Part shown: in pieces, positions 9,192-17,652 of the stretch | Numbering within the stretch: position 1 is the first letter of the stretch | Layout: every line of letters begins with the position of its first letter | Assembly: GCA_902777325.1 (NCBI GenBank) | Contig: CACYTH010000009.1 | Coordinates: forward strand, 24,819-88,818 | Source of the DNA: an uncultured Coriobacteriaceae bacterium | Lineage (GTDB): Bacteria > Actinomycetota > Coriobacteriia > Coriobacteriales > Atopobiaceae | Direction of reading: 5' to 3' | Length of the DNA stretch: 64,000 bases | Made by a program: the position numbers and the translations under genes | The notes under the pieces: generated by a model | Seen by the model: only the letters and a program-made list of their open reading frames with translations | Told to the model about the DNA's origin: nothing | Database searches by the model: none

Positions 9192-10301
9192 CTACATCCG
9201 CACTGGCATCAGGAGGTAGAGGTAGTTGATGGTGCCATACGCCTTGAAGATGGCAGGCTGCATCGGGCCCTGCAGCTCGAGGTCGAGCTCCTTGGTGGCA
9301 CCCACCGCGTTGACGCAGTCGAAGACATAGTGGTAGTTGAGGGCGATGGACATGCTCGAGCCCTCCACCTCCGCGTCGATGAGCTCGGAGGACTCGCCCT
9401 GGTCCGGCGAGGAGGCCGAAAGGCGCATGAGGTGGCCATCGGCGTCGGCATCGAAACGGACGGACGGGTTTGCCGAGGCAATGACCGAGACGCGCTTGAG
9501 TGCGGAGCCAAACTGATCGGTGTCGAGCTTGATGGCCGACGCGCAGTTGGCAGGCAGGAGCTGACGATAGTTGGGGAAGTTGCCCTCGATCTTACGAGAG
9601 ATGTAGGTGGTGTTGCCAAACACGAAGACCACCTGGCTGTCGGTGGTTCCGACCATGATCTGCTCGGTCATCGAGGGAGACGAGAGCACATCGTGGAAGG
9701 TCGCGCCCGGCACGATGGTGACAAACGCCTCGTCACTCGAGGAGGTCTCCACATGAGAGTCGCAGACGGCAAGGCGGTAGGAGTCGGTTGCCACCAGACG
9801 GATCGTGTTCTTCTCCACGGAGAGCAGCACGCCCTGGAGGATGGGGCGCGACGTGTCACGCGAGGTGACCTTGTACACCTTGTCGACCATCTCGTCGAGA
9901 AGGGCGCTCGGAAGCTCGATGGAGCGCTCGAGGGCGAAGGCCGGAAACTCCGGGAAGTCGGCGGCATCGAGCGTGTTGAGGCGGAAGTGCGACTTGCCAC
10001 AGGAAATCTCGACCACGCGGGTGCCGGGAGTCATGTCAAAGCTCACTGCCGCATCCGGGAGGGTCTTGACGATGCTTGTCATCACCTTGCCGGAGACGAC
10101 CGTCTCGCCGGGCTCCTCAACATTGGCGGCAATCTTATGACGAATCGAAATCGTCAGGTTGGCCGTCTGGAACTCGAGGGTGCCGTCCTCGGCCTTGATA
10201 TAGATACCCGAGAGATACGGCAGCGTGGAATTGGTGGCCATGCCCTTGGCAACCACGAGGAGCGCCTTGGCAAGCGACGACTGGCTGACGGTAAACTTCA
10301 T
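9192..10301 (-). CDS. dnaN: DNA polymerase III subunit beta (sliding clamp)
   Basis: 369 aa with the three-domain clamp pattern: LPYLSGIYI, ATDSYRLA, NYRQLLP, MPVRM C-terminus. [10 protein letters not shown]. Located immediately downstream of dnaA. Confidence 0.95.
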   Translation of the reverse strand: MKFTVSQSSLAKALLVVAKGMATNSTLPYLSGIYIKAEDGTLEFQTANLTISIRHKIAANVEEPGETVVSGKVMTSIVKTLPDAAVSFDMTPGTRVVEISCGKSHFRLNTLDAADFPEFPAFALERSIELPSALLDEMVDKVYKVTSRDTSRPILQGVLLSVEKNTIRLVATDSYRLAVCDSHVETSSSDEAFVTIVPGATFHDVLSSPSMTEQIMVGTTDSQVVFVFGNTTYISRKIEGNFPNYRQLLPANCASAIKLDTDQFGSALKRVSVIASANPSVRFDADADGHLMRLSASSPDQGESSELIDAEVEGSSMSIALNYHYVFDCVNAVGATKELDLELQGPMQPAIFKAYGTINYLYLLMPVRM

Positions 10302-10530
10302 GGGCCTCTCTTTTCTCTCTTATATAGATATAAAGACTAATAACGATATAGAGCTCTGTTGATATGTTCAAAGACGCTTGATTCTGCTGGTAGATACCGT
10401 CCTCCACGCACTGCCGAACCATGCTTTGTCTCACCATGGCTCAACATCGCAAATCCTGTCGAAAACCTTCTCAACATTACCTTGCCACTTTTCGCAACGT
10501 TTCGAAGAAGCTTCGACATGGTTGTAGACA
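10302..10530. promoter_or_regulatory. dnaA-dnaN intergenic region, candidate oriC module with AT-rich stretch
   Basis: The AT-rich run 10311-10352 (ttttctctcttatatagatataaagactaataacgatatag) stands out against the GC-rich surroundings. A DnaA-box-like TGTTGATAT lies at 10357-10365 and TGTCGAAAA near 10454. Confidence 0.45.
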
Positions 10531-12051
10531 TTAGGTCGCGTCCACGATCGAATCCCTCAGCGTCTCGACGCGGTCGTGGAAGTTGCGGTCCTTCTTCTTG
10601 AAGCTGTCCACCCAGGCGATGCTGTGCTTGACCGTTGCGTGCGTGCGTCCGCCAAACTTCTTGCCGATCTCGGCGAGGGTGTTGTCGGTCAGCGCACGCG
10701 TGAGCCAGATGCCCACATGCCGCGCCTCCATCAGCTCCTTGTTGCGCTTCGAGCCGATGAGGTCGGCATGCGCCACGTCGTAGTACTTCTCGACGGAACG
10801 CTGGATGTGATCGACCGTGACGATGCGCTGCCCGGTCGGCCACTTCTGATTGGCGACATCGATGATGTCGGTGCGGGTGATGCTCTGTCCCGCGCGCTCG
10901 CGCCGGTTGGCCTGCATCAGGCAGGACTGGACGAATCCCTCGATGACGCGGATGTTGGTTCCCGCGCGCTCGGCCATTAGGCGTCGCATCTCCTCGGGTA
11001 TCGTCCCCACCACGCCGTCGATGTGCTCGTCGAGGGCGTCTTGGCGCATGCGCTCGTAGAAGGTGTTGATAAGGTTGAGTTTGAGCTCGTAGTCAGGCAC
11101 CTGGATGGAGACCGAGAGGCCCGAGTCCATGCGCGAGGTGTCACGCTCGTCAAACTTGCTGTCACCCATGCCGAGCTGCGAAGGCGAGCGGTCTGCTGCA
11201 AGCACGATCTGCTTGTTGTGGTCGACAAGCGTGTTGAACGTCTTGAAGAAGAAGCGGATGGTGCCGCCTGCCGTCATCATGTTTTGGATGTCGTCGATGA
11301 TGAGCACGTCGACGTTCTGGTAGCGGGCAGAAAGTGCGCTCGACGCGGAGGTTGACGTGCGGTCGGTGGCGGCGATCACGTACTCGTCGACAAAGTCCGC
11401 TGCGGCCTTATATATGCAGCGCCTGGAGGGATCGTTCTTGGCGATATAGTTCTGGATGGCACGCAGCAGGTGGGTCTTGCCGAGACCACTTTTGCCATAG
11501 ATGAAAAGAGGGTTGTAGCTCTTGTAGTCACCGTTGGCTACCTGCTTGGCCGCCTCGAGCGCGTAGCGGTTCTCCTCGCCCGGAACGAAGCGCTCGAAGG
11601 TCAGCTTGGAGTCCGTCTGGGTAATCTCGCCGGCGAGCTGCTCGGCGTAGGCGAGGCCGTCGCTCGCAGCCGGCTCGGGGGTGGGTGCCGCCACCGGCGC
11701 CTGCACCGGGGCGGCGGGTGTGGTTGCGGCGCTCAGGGCCCGCAGTTCCTCGGGGGAGACCTCGTTGGAAACGCGGATGGTACGCGTGTCCTTGACAAGG
11801 TCTACGACAAAGGAAAGTTGCTGGAAGGACGCCTGCTCCAGGCACTCCTCGATGATTCTCGCCTGCTGACTAATCTTGCGCTGGGCGAAGCCAAGCGTTG
11901 TTGATACGTGAAAGGACTCGTCATCCATGGAGACGGGAGTACAGCTTTCGATCATGGCCAAGGTCGAGCGGTTGATGTCGTCACGCGCGGAGAGCAGCGC
12001 CATGACGTCGTCCCACAGGACCGCCGCATCTGAGTCTTGATTCTGAACCAT
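10531..12051 (-). CDS. dnaA: chromosomal replication initiator protein DnaA
   Basis: Motifs: YNPLFIYGKSGLGKTHLL, LIIDDIQ, and the C-terminal DNA-binding helix KRNKELMEARHVGIWLTR...FGGRTHATVKHS. ATG 12051 (MVQNQDS) is preferred over the track start 12189. Confidence 0.95.
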   Translation of the reverse strand: MVQNQDSDAAVLWDDVMALLSARDDINRSTLAMIESCTPVSMDDESFHVSTTLGFAQRKISQQARIIEECLEQASFQQLSFVVDLVKDTRTIRVSNEVSPEELRALSAATTPAAPVQAPVAAPTPEPAASDGLAYAEQLAGEITQTDSKLTFERFVPGEENRYALEAAKQVANGDYKSYNPLFIYGKSGLGKTHLLRAIQNYIAKNDPSRRCIYKAAADFVDEYVIAATDRTSTSASSALSARYQNVDVLIIDDIQNMMTAGGTIRFFFKTFNTLVDHNKQIVLAADRSPSQLGMGDSKFDERDTSRMDSGLSVSIQVPDYELKLNLINTFYERMRQDALDEHIDGVVGTIPEEMRRLMAERAGTNIRVIEGFVQSCLMQANRRERAGQSITRTDIIDVANQKWPTGQRIVTVDHIQRSVEKYYDVAHADLIGSKRNKELMEARHVGIWLTRALTDNTLAEIGKKFGGRTHATVKHSIAWVDSFKKKDRNFHDRVETLRDSIVDAT

Positions 12052-12073
12052 AATGCACCCATGTCGACTCGAA

Positions 12074-12138
12074 TGTTGAAAAATAGGGTATCCCATTATA
12101 TGTTGAAAACTCGACGTGCCAAGGGAGAATGTTGGCAA
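12074..12138 (+). promoter_or_regulatory. three direct DnaA-box-like 9-mers upstream of dnaA
   Basis: TGTTGAAAA at 12074-12082, TGTTGAAAA at 12101-12109, TGTTGGCAA at 12130-12138. Each matches 6-7 of 9 positions of TGTGGATAA. The same variant recurs at 10357, 13364, 13548(-), 38427 and 38475/38489. Confidence 0.4.
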
Positions 12139-12204
12139 TCTCGTCGAATGATGTCTTGCGTGGGCGATGCGGGTACAGGTATCGCCCACGCGTGGCGATT
12201 GTTG

Positions 12205-13293
12205 CTAGAGCCCCAGCAAGGCCTGGCCTTGCGGCGTGAGACGACGCTTCTGCCCACCCTGCTTGCTGAGAAGTCCCCTAGCCTCAAGTTGAGATAGCAC
12301 GCGTGACCAGGTGGACTCCGAAAGCTGATAAGAGACGACAAGATCTCGCGGTCCTACGGACTCATGTGTCCTCAGGTACTCGATAACGAGAAGCTCGCGG
12401 TCGTTGAGATCGAGCTTGGGCTGTATGGTGGACGCCGGCTCTTGCGTGGGCGCGCCGTTTTGCACCTGCGGCTGCTGCCACCCAACTTGAGTGGGACTCT
12501 GCATTTGCGCGCCCTGCTGCCATGGCTGCTGCGGCATCGGTTGGCCCCACGTCTGCGCAGGCATCTGTTGCCCCCAGGGGTTTGGGACGCCATACGGCTG
12601 TGGCTGCTGCCACCCCTGTTGCTGTTGCGGCTGCGGCTGCCAGTACTGCTGCTGCGGCTGGTATTGTCCCTGATACTGGGGCTGATACTGGGGTTGTTGG
12701 TATTGCTGCTGGTAGATGCCTGTATTTGGCATCTCCGGCGTGCTCTGGCCGTGCACCAGCGACACGGTGACCACCGTACCGTTGTGGATGTTGTCCTCGA
12801 CGGTAAGGGAACCACCCTTGTCCTGCAACCACTGCTGGGCATAGGGAAGCCCCGATCCGACGCCCCTGATGTAGCGCTTCATCTCGGCCGTAGCCGAGGT
12901 GGTTCCATACTTGAGGGCGAGGCCTTTGTCCTGAATGCCCGGGCCCTGGTCCGAGAAGCGAATGGTGTTGCCACCATCGAGGATGGAGATGGTTGGCTCT
13001 ATAAAGTACGCGTGAATGAGGTTTTCGACCACCTCGCGGATGACGGTAAAGGGGATCCTGCCACCCTGCTCAGATGCTAGTCTGGTTACGGTGGCTGTTA
13101 TCTCCTCAAGATAGGTGCGAATGTCGGAAGGCTCGACCACGACGACGCGAGGCGCTGCCGCCGCGTCGTCAAACACGGCAATACGCGCAGGATAGTGGAC
13201 TTCAAGAGAAGCCCCCGCATCTGAGTTGTCCCTTTGCCCGTTCTCGACAAACGGGTAGAACGAATCCGGCACTGCCAAACCTTTCAACATCAT
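12205..13293 (-). CDS. GHKL-type ATPase domain protein with Q/P-rich linker and C-terminal winged-helix domain
   Basis: N-box EVVENLIHAY, G1 box DQGPGI, G2 box GVGSGLPYA. Residues ~191-285 are Q/P/W/Y low complexity (YQQQYQQPQYQPQYQGQYQPQQQYWQPQPQQQQGWQQPQP...). The C-terminus LLVIEYLRTHESVGPRDLVVSYQLSESTWSRVLSQLEARGLL looks like a MarR/ArsR wHTH. Confidence 0.75.
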   Translation of the reverse strand: MMLKGLAVPDSFYPFVENGQRDNSDAGASLEVHYPARIAVFDDAAAAPRVVVVEPSDIRTYLEEITATVTRLASEQGGRIPFTVIREVVENLIHAYFIEPTISILDGGNTIRFSDQGPGIQDKGLALKYGTTSATAEMKRYIRGVGSGLPYAQQWLQDKGGSLTVEDNIHNGTVVTVSLVHGQSTPEMPNTGIYQQQYQQPQYQPQYQGQYQPQQQYWQPQPQQQQGWQQPQPYGVPNPWGQQMPAQTWGQPMPQQPWQQGAQMQSPTQVGWQQPQVQNGAPTQEPASTIQPKLDLNDRELLVIEYLRTHESVGPRDLVVSYQLSESTWSRVLSQLEARGLLSKQGGQKRRLTPQGQALLGL

Positions 13294-13305
13294 TTCACCC
13301 GGTGA

Positions 13306-13347
13306 TGAAAACTTTCAAAACTTGCATGCAAGAAATGAAAGTTTTCA
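13306..13347. promoter_or_regulatory. 42-bp composite palindrome directly upstream of the GHKL-wHTH gene
   Basis: TGAAAACTTTCA (13306-13317) and TGAAAGTTTTCA (13336-13347) are perfect inverted repeats. They flank the palindrome CTTGCATGCAAG (13321-13332), and all share one symmetry centre at 13326/13327. Confidence 0.5.
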
Positions 13348-13615
13348 ACGGTGGAAGAATACCTGTTGATAAGTGCAATCAGCAAGCATCTAGCCTTACA
13401 AACATACCACCGTTTGCAGGCATTGCACCACTACTTGCAAACAAACTTGCAGACATGGCAGCGCGTGGCGGCTAAGGAGTGACTGCCTTGGAAATCTGCG
13501 CATTTTTTGTGACTCAGGTTGGTTTCGAAAGTGAGTTTGACAGGCGCTTGTCAACAAACATACAATCGATAGGCTTGACTAGATTGACGTTACTATCTCT
13601 CAGGAGGTTGACATT

Positions 13616-13750
13616 ATGAAGCGTACGTACCAGCCCAACAAGCGCAAGCGCGCCAAGACTCATGGCTTCCGTGCCCGCATGGCCACCAAGGGCGGCCGTG
13701 ACGTCATCTCTCGTCGTCGCGCCAAGGGCCGCAAGAGGCTGACCGTCTAG
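13616..13750 (+). CDS. rpmH: 50S ribosomal protein L34
   Basis: 44 aa, too short for the ORF track: [53 protein letters not shown] at 13602-13607. Followed by rnpA. Confidence 0.95.
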   Translation: MKRTYQPNKRKRAKTHGFRARMATKGGRDVISRRRAKGRKRLTV

Positions 13751-13757
13751 GCTTCGT

Positions 13758-14090
13758 ATGGAGACCATCAAGTCCAAACAGGATTTTGGTCGGGTCTTCT
13801 CTGGTGGCAAACGAGCCAACCATAGGCTCGTCCGCATGACAGTTTTGAGACTTAGCGAAGGCGGCCCGGGAAGAGTCGCCTTCGCTGCGCCTAAGAGGCT
13901 GGGAAATGCGGTTTTCAGAAACCGTTGCAAGCGCGTACTGAGGGAGGCCGCCCGCGTGGCGGGCTTTCCCAAACAGGGATATGACGTCATCTTCTTTGCG
14001 ACAAAAGAGACCCATGACGAGCATCCCCAGCAGGTTGCACAGGCAATGAGTTCTCTGATTGGCAGGTTCGAAAAGCGGGACAGACGGTGA
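13758..14090 (+). CDS. rnpA: ribonuclease P protein component
   Basis: 110 aa, basic, with the [18 protein letters not shown] (RNR) motif. Canonical position after rpmH. Confidence 0.9.
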   Translation: METIKSKQDFGRVFSGGKRANHRLVRMTVLRLSEGGPGRVAFAAPKRLGNAVFRNRCKRVLREAARVAGFPKQGYDVIFFATKETHDEHPQQVAQAMSSLIGRFEKRDRR

Positions 14091-14308
14091 GGCAACCCAT
14101 GAAGCGCCTGCTCACAGCTTTGATCAGGTGGTATCAGAGATACCTTTCGCCTCTCATGGGTCCCCATTGCATCTATACGCCAACTTGCTCTGCCTATGCA
14201 CTCGAGGCCATCGAACGCTACGGAGCAATCAAGGGCACTTGGCTTGCGGTCCGACGCATTGCCCGGTGCCATCCCTTCCATGAGGGCGGGTACGATCCCG
14301 TTCCCTGA
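14087..14308 (+). CDS. yidD: membrane protein insertion efficiency factor YidD
   Basis: Motifs YQRYLSP...[16 protein letters not shown] and RCHPF. The ATGA overlaps the rnpA stop. Confidence 0.9.
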   Translation: MRQPMKRLLTALIRWYQRYLSPLMGPHCIYTPTCSAYALEAIERYGAIKGTWLAVRRIARCHPFHEGGYDPVP

Positions 14309-14337
14309 GCCTTGACAGGAATGTCCACGGAGGAAGC

Positions 14338-15096
14338 ATGTGGGATTGGTTTATATCGTTTCTGACTTGGGTGCTTGCCACACTGCAGAGCTTTGTCGGT
14401 GACTGGGGCCTTGCGGTCATCATTCTTACCTTTATCATTCGACTGCTCATCATGCCCCTGATGACCAAGTCCACCGCTTCGACTGCGCGCATGCAGGTGC
14501 TGCAGCCAAAGCTGCAGGAGATCCAGGAGCGCTACGCCGACGACCCCGAGCGTCAGATGGCTGAGATGCGCAAGTTCCAGGCGGAGAACAACTTCAACCC
14601 GCTTGGCGGCTGCCTGCCCATGTTCATCCAGATGCCGGTCTTCTTCGCGCTCTTTACCGTCGCACGCAACGTGCCCGAAGGCGCGAGCTTCTTTAACATC
14701 ATGCCGTCGATCTCCATGTCGGTTAGCGAGGCAGTCTCCGGGCTTGGTTTTCCCGGTGCACTGCCGTACGTCATCTTTGACGTGGGCTTTGGTGTGATGA
14801 CGCTCGCCCAGATGCTTGTCAACGTCAAGAGCGTCCCCGAGGACCAGCGCCAGCAGAACATCATGATGGGTGTCATGATGGGCGTCATGATGGTCTGGTT
14901 TGGTTGGTCTGTGCCGGCCGCCGTGCTGCTCTATTACGTCACGTCCGCAATCTGGCAGGTCGTGCAGCAGCAGCTGGTCACCAAGCGCGTGACCGAGCAG
15001 GTCAAGGCCGAGACCGAGGCCAGGCTGAAGGACCAGCCCAAGGAGATCAACGTGACGCGCCGCGAGCGTAAGCCGCGTCCGAAGAAGAAGAGTTAA
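14338..15096 (+). CDS. yidC: membrane protein insertase YidC (short Gram-positive type)
   Basis: Motifs GLAVIILTFIIRLLIMPL, LQPKLQEIQERY, NPLGGCLPMFIQMPVFFAL, and a basic C-terminal tail. Confidence 0.9.
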   Translation: MWDWFISFLTWVLATLQSFVGDWGLAVIILTFIIRLLIMPLMTKSTASTARMQVLQPKLQEIQERYADDPERQMAEMRKFQAENNFNPLGGCLPMFIQMPVFFALFTVARNVPEGASFFNIMPSISMSVSEAVSGLGFPGALPYVIFDVGFGVMTLAQMLVNVKSVPEDQRQQNIMMGVMMGVMMVWFGWSVPAAVLLYYVTSAIWQVVQQQLVTKRVTEQVKAETEARLKDQPKEINVTRRERKPRPKKKS

Positions 15097-15127
15097 CCTA
15101 GGCAAACACGCCTTAAGGAGGTACACC

Positions 15128-15709
15128 ATGGAGGACGAGCTGACGCTCACTCCTGATATCGATGAGAAGGCCGCCGATACTCCCGCGGATGAGTTTGCTT
15201 CGATTCGCGAGCACTACGAGAACGGTGTCGACCTGACGGACGACGAGATTGACCTCGTCGCTGATACGGCGATCACCTATGTTCGTGAGCTCCTGGGTTT
15301 CTTCGGGGAGAAGAAGGTTTCCATCGATGAGTATGAGGGCGACGAAGGCGAGCTCCTGCTCGATGTCTCCGGTGGAGACCTTGCCGTGCTGATTGGACGT
15401 CACGGGCGCACCCTTGATTCGCTTCAGATGATAGTTTCTTCTTTTATGAGCAATCGTCTCAAGTTCCACTATCCGATTGTCATCGACATCGAGGGATACA
15501 AGAGCCGTCGCAAGGACAAGCTGATCAACCTCGCTCATAGTGCAGCTGCTCGTGCGAAGCGCCAGCATGGCCGCGTTTCTCTTGCACCCATGAACGCCTA
15601 CGAGCGTCGTATCGTTCACCTCGCACTGCTTGATGATGTCGATGTGACTACGCATTCTGAGGGCGTTGATCCGGAGCGCCGTGTGGTCATCACATATGTG
15701 AGGTCATAA
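15128..15709 (+). CDS. jag: Jag/KhpB RNA-binding protein (KH + R3H domains)
   Basis: Motifs LIGRHGRTLDSLQ (KH) and MNAYERRIVH (R3H). AAGGAGG RBS. Position after yidC. Confidence 0.88.
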   Translation: MEDELTLTPDIDEKAADTPADEFASIREHYENGVDLTDDEIDLVADTAITYVRELLGFFGEKKVSIDEYEGDEGELLLDVSGGDLAVLIGRHGRTLDSLQMIVSSFMSNRLKFHYPIVIDIEGYKSRRKDKLINLAHSAAARAKRQHGRVSLAPMNAYERRIVHLALLDDVDVTTHSEGVDPERRVVITYVRS

Positions 15710-15738
15710 CAGAGCCGCACTGAATACAGCGACTGACG

Positions 15739-15767
15739 AAGGGGAGAGCCAATGAGGTTCTCCCCTT
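15739..15767 (+). terminator. hairpin after jag
   Basis: AAGGGGAGA-gccaatgaggt-TCTCCCCTT followed by cttgtatg. The U-tract is weak. Confidence 0.45.
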
Positions 15768-15874
15768 CTTGTATGTGAATGGGTTTGCAAGCAAGTGTCG
15801 ACCGCCTTGGGTATATGCTATCTGTTACCAGTTTTGACAGAACGCCTCGATGTGGAAAGGTTTGGCAGCAACTG

Positions 15875-16609
15875 ATGATTGATACTCCAAGCAACAGAGC
15901 ATATCTCGATGAATGCCTTGCAAGCTATGGAATCAGGGCCAACGAGAATCAGTTGACAAGACTCCTTACGCATCTCGACCTTGTAGTTGAGAAGAACAAG
16001 ATTATCAACCTTACCCGCATCATCGATCCTGCAGAGGCGATCATCCGTCATACCGTGGACTCACTTTTATTACTGCCAACCATCGAAAGGCTTGGCATCT
16101 CGACAGAGCTCCGCTTTGTAGACATAGGTACTGGTGCGGGCTTTCCTGGGATACCTTTGACAATCATGACCGAGAGCAAAGGTCTGCTCATAGATTCGGT
16201 AGGCAAGAAGGTTGCTGCCGTTAATGAGTTTTGCAAGGCATTGGGGCTCGATCATCTCGTACAAGGCAAGGCGATTAGGGCTGAGGAGCTCGCGCGGTCT
16301 TCTGCCCGTAGCTTTGATATTGTAACTGCTCGAGCAGTTGCTGAGCTCGGTGTACTGCTCGAGTACGCTTCGCCTCTTCTTAAGAAGAATGGCCATATGG
16401 TTGTCTCTAAGGCTCGTATAACAGAGGAAGAGATAGCTCATGGTGAAAAGGTCGGAGACATCGTAGGTCTGCACCTTGTTTCACGTGAAACATTTGAGCT
16501 TCCCAACGACCAAGGACACAGAGAGATACTTGCCTACGTCCATGACACCAAGAGTAGAGTCAAGCTCCCAAGGAACACGGGAATGGCTAAGCATCACCCA
16601 CTAGCGTAG
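15875..16609 (+). CDS. rsmG: 16S rRNA (guanine527-N7)-methyltransferase RsmG
   Basis: Motifs NLTRIIDPAEAIIRH..DSL, the SAM motif VDIGTGAGFPGIPL, and ARAVA. The track start is 15779. ATG 15875 fits homolog length better, so the start is uncertain. Confidence 0.88.
   Translation: MIDTPSNRAYLDECLASYGIRANENQLTRLLTHLDLVVEKNKIINLTRIIDPAEAIIRHTVDSLLLLPTIERLGISTELRFVDIGTGAGFPGIPLTIMTESKGLLIDSVGKKVAAVNEFCKALGLDHLVQGKAIRAEELARSSARSFDIVTARAVAELGVLLEYASPLLKKNGHMVVSKARITEEEIAHGEKVGDIVGLHLVSRETFELPNDQGHREILAYVHDTKSRVKLPRNTGMAKHHPLA
16477..16492. promoter_or_regulatory. parS site (inside the rsmG coding sequence)
   Basis: TGTTTCACGTGAAACA is a perfect 16-bp palindrome matching the ParB-binding consensus tGTTtCACGTGAAACa. 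Confidence 0.85.
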
Positions 16610-16610
16610 G

Positions 16611-16626
16611 TGTTTCACGTGAAACG
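16611..16626. promoter_or_regulatory. parS site
   Basis: TGTTTCACGTGAAACG, directly after the rsmG stop. Confidence 0.85.
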
Positions 16627-16719
16627 CCTATAAAGTTATGAGAAAACGATGCGTTAAATGCTGGGCAGCATTGACCGCATAGTCTCTATAAGATTGAGAA
16701 GTAGAAATAAGAGCGAGAA

Positions 16720-16735
16720 AGTTTCACGTGAAACA
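16720..16735. promoter_or_regulatory. parS site
   Basis: AGTTTCACGTGAAACA in the rsmG-parA spacer. Confidence 0.85.
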
Positions 16736-16776
16736 ACTGGGATGTGACATCCGTAAAAGTCGCATGGGATTCCCAA

Positions 16777-16792
16777 CGTTTCACGTGAAACG
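16777..16792. promoter_or_regulatory. parS site
   Basis: CGTTTCACGTGAAACG in the rsmG-parA spacer, 60 bp before the parA start. Confidence 0.85.
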
Positions 16793-16851
16793 TTGCACTA
16801 TCATCTAATACACCAAACACATGAAGCTATAACGGAGCAGTTGGAGGCAAC

Positions 16852-17652
16852 GTGGGATACCTTGACGTAAAACGGGGAAATCCTCTCAAGAAGACGAAGA
16901 TTATCGCAGTAATAAACCAAAAGGGTGGCGTTGGAAAGTCCACAACGGTTGTAAACCTGTCTGCGGCTCTTGGTGAGTCAAAAAAGAAGGTACTTGTTGT
17001 AGACCTTGATCCTCAGGGAAACACTTCGAGCGGATACGGTATCGAGAAAGAAGAGCTTGAATACGATATCTACGATGCGCTTCTCGATGATCACCCGGTA
17101 GAGGATCTGATTATCGATACATGCGAGAAGAACGTCTTTGCAATACCGGCAACAATTCAGCTTGCTGGTGCAGAGGTGGATATGGTCTCTGTCGAAGGAC
17201 GTGAGCACCTTCTTAAGAACCTGCTCTCGCCTATTAGCGAGCATTTTGACTACATATTCATCGATTGCCCGCCTTCGTTAGGTCTTCTGACTGTAAATGC
17301 GCTTGTTGCTGCTGATGAACTGCTCATCCCTATCCAGTGTGAATTCTATGCATTGGAGGGAGTGACAAAGCTCCTTGAGTCGATGCGTATGGTAAAGGGT
17401 CGCCTGAATCCGAATCTCGAGATATTTGGCGTACTTCTCACCATGTATGACGCAAGAACGACGTTGTCCAAGCAGGTTGCGGAAGAAGTTAGCTCGTATT
17501 TCGGCAAAAAGGTCTTTAAGACAATCATTCCGCGTAATGTAAAGCTATCTGAGGCGCCGAGTCATGGTCTACCAGTAACAAAGTATGCACGAATGAGTAA
17601 GGGTGCGCAGGCGTATATTAAGTTGTCAAAGGAAGTGATCCGTCGTGGCTAA
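16852..17652 (+). CDS. parA: chromosome partitioning ATPase ParA/Soj
   Basis: Deviant Walker A NQKGGVGKSTT, plus DLDPQGN and IIDCPPSLG. GTG start follows a GGAGG RBS. Confidence 0.93.
   Translation: MGYLDVKRGNPLKKTKIIAVINQKGGVGKSTTVVNLSAALGESKKKVLVVDLDPQGNTSSGYGIEKEELEYDIYDALLDDHPVEDLIIDTCEKNVFAIPATIQLAGAEVDMVSVEGREHLLKNLLSPISEHFDYIFIDCPPSLGLLTVNALVAADELLIPIQCEFYALEGVTKLLESMRMVKGRLNPNLEIFGVLLTMYDARTTLSKQVAEEVSSYFGKKVFKTIIPRNVKLSEAPSHGLPVTKYARMSKGAQAYIKLSKEVIRRG

Noticed and set aside
8892-10340. 482-aa plus-strand ORF
   Set aside because: Antisense shadow spanning recF and dnaN.
13575-13596. Candidate sigma-70-type promoter for rpmH (TTGACT ... TACTAT)
   Set aside because: The spacing between the best -35-like and -10-like hexamers is only ~10 nt, and the alternative TTGACG has no suitable -10. 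Not supportable from sequence alone.
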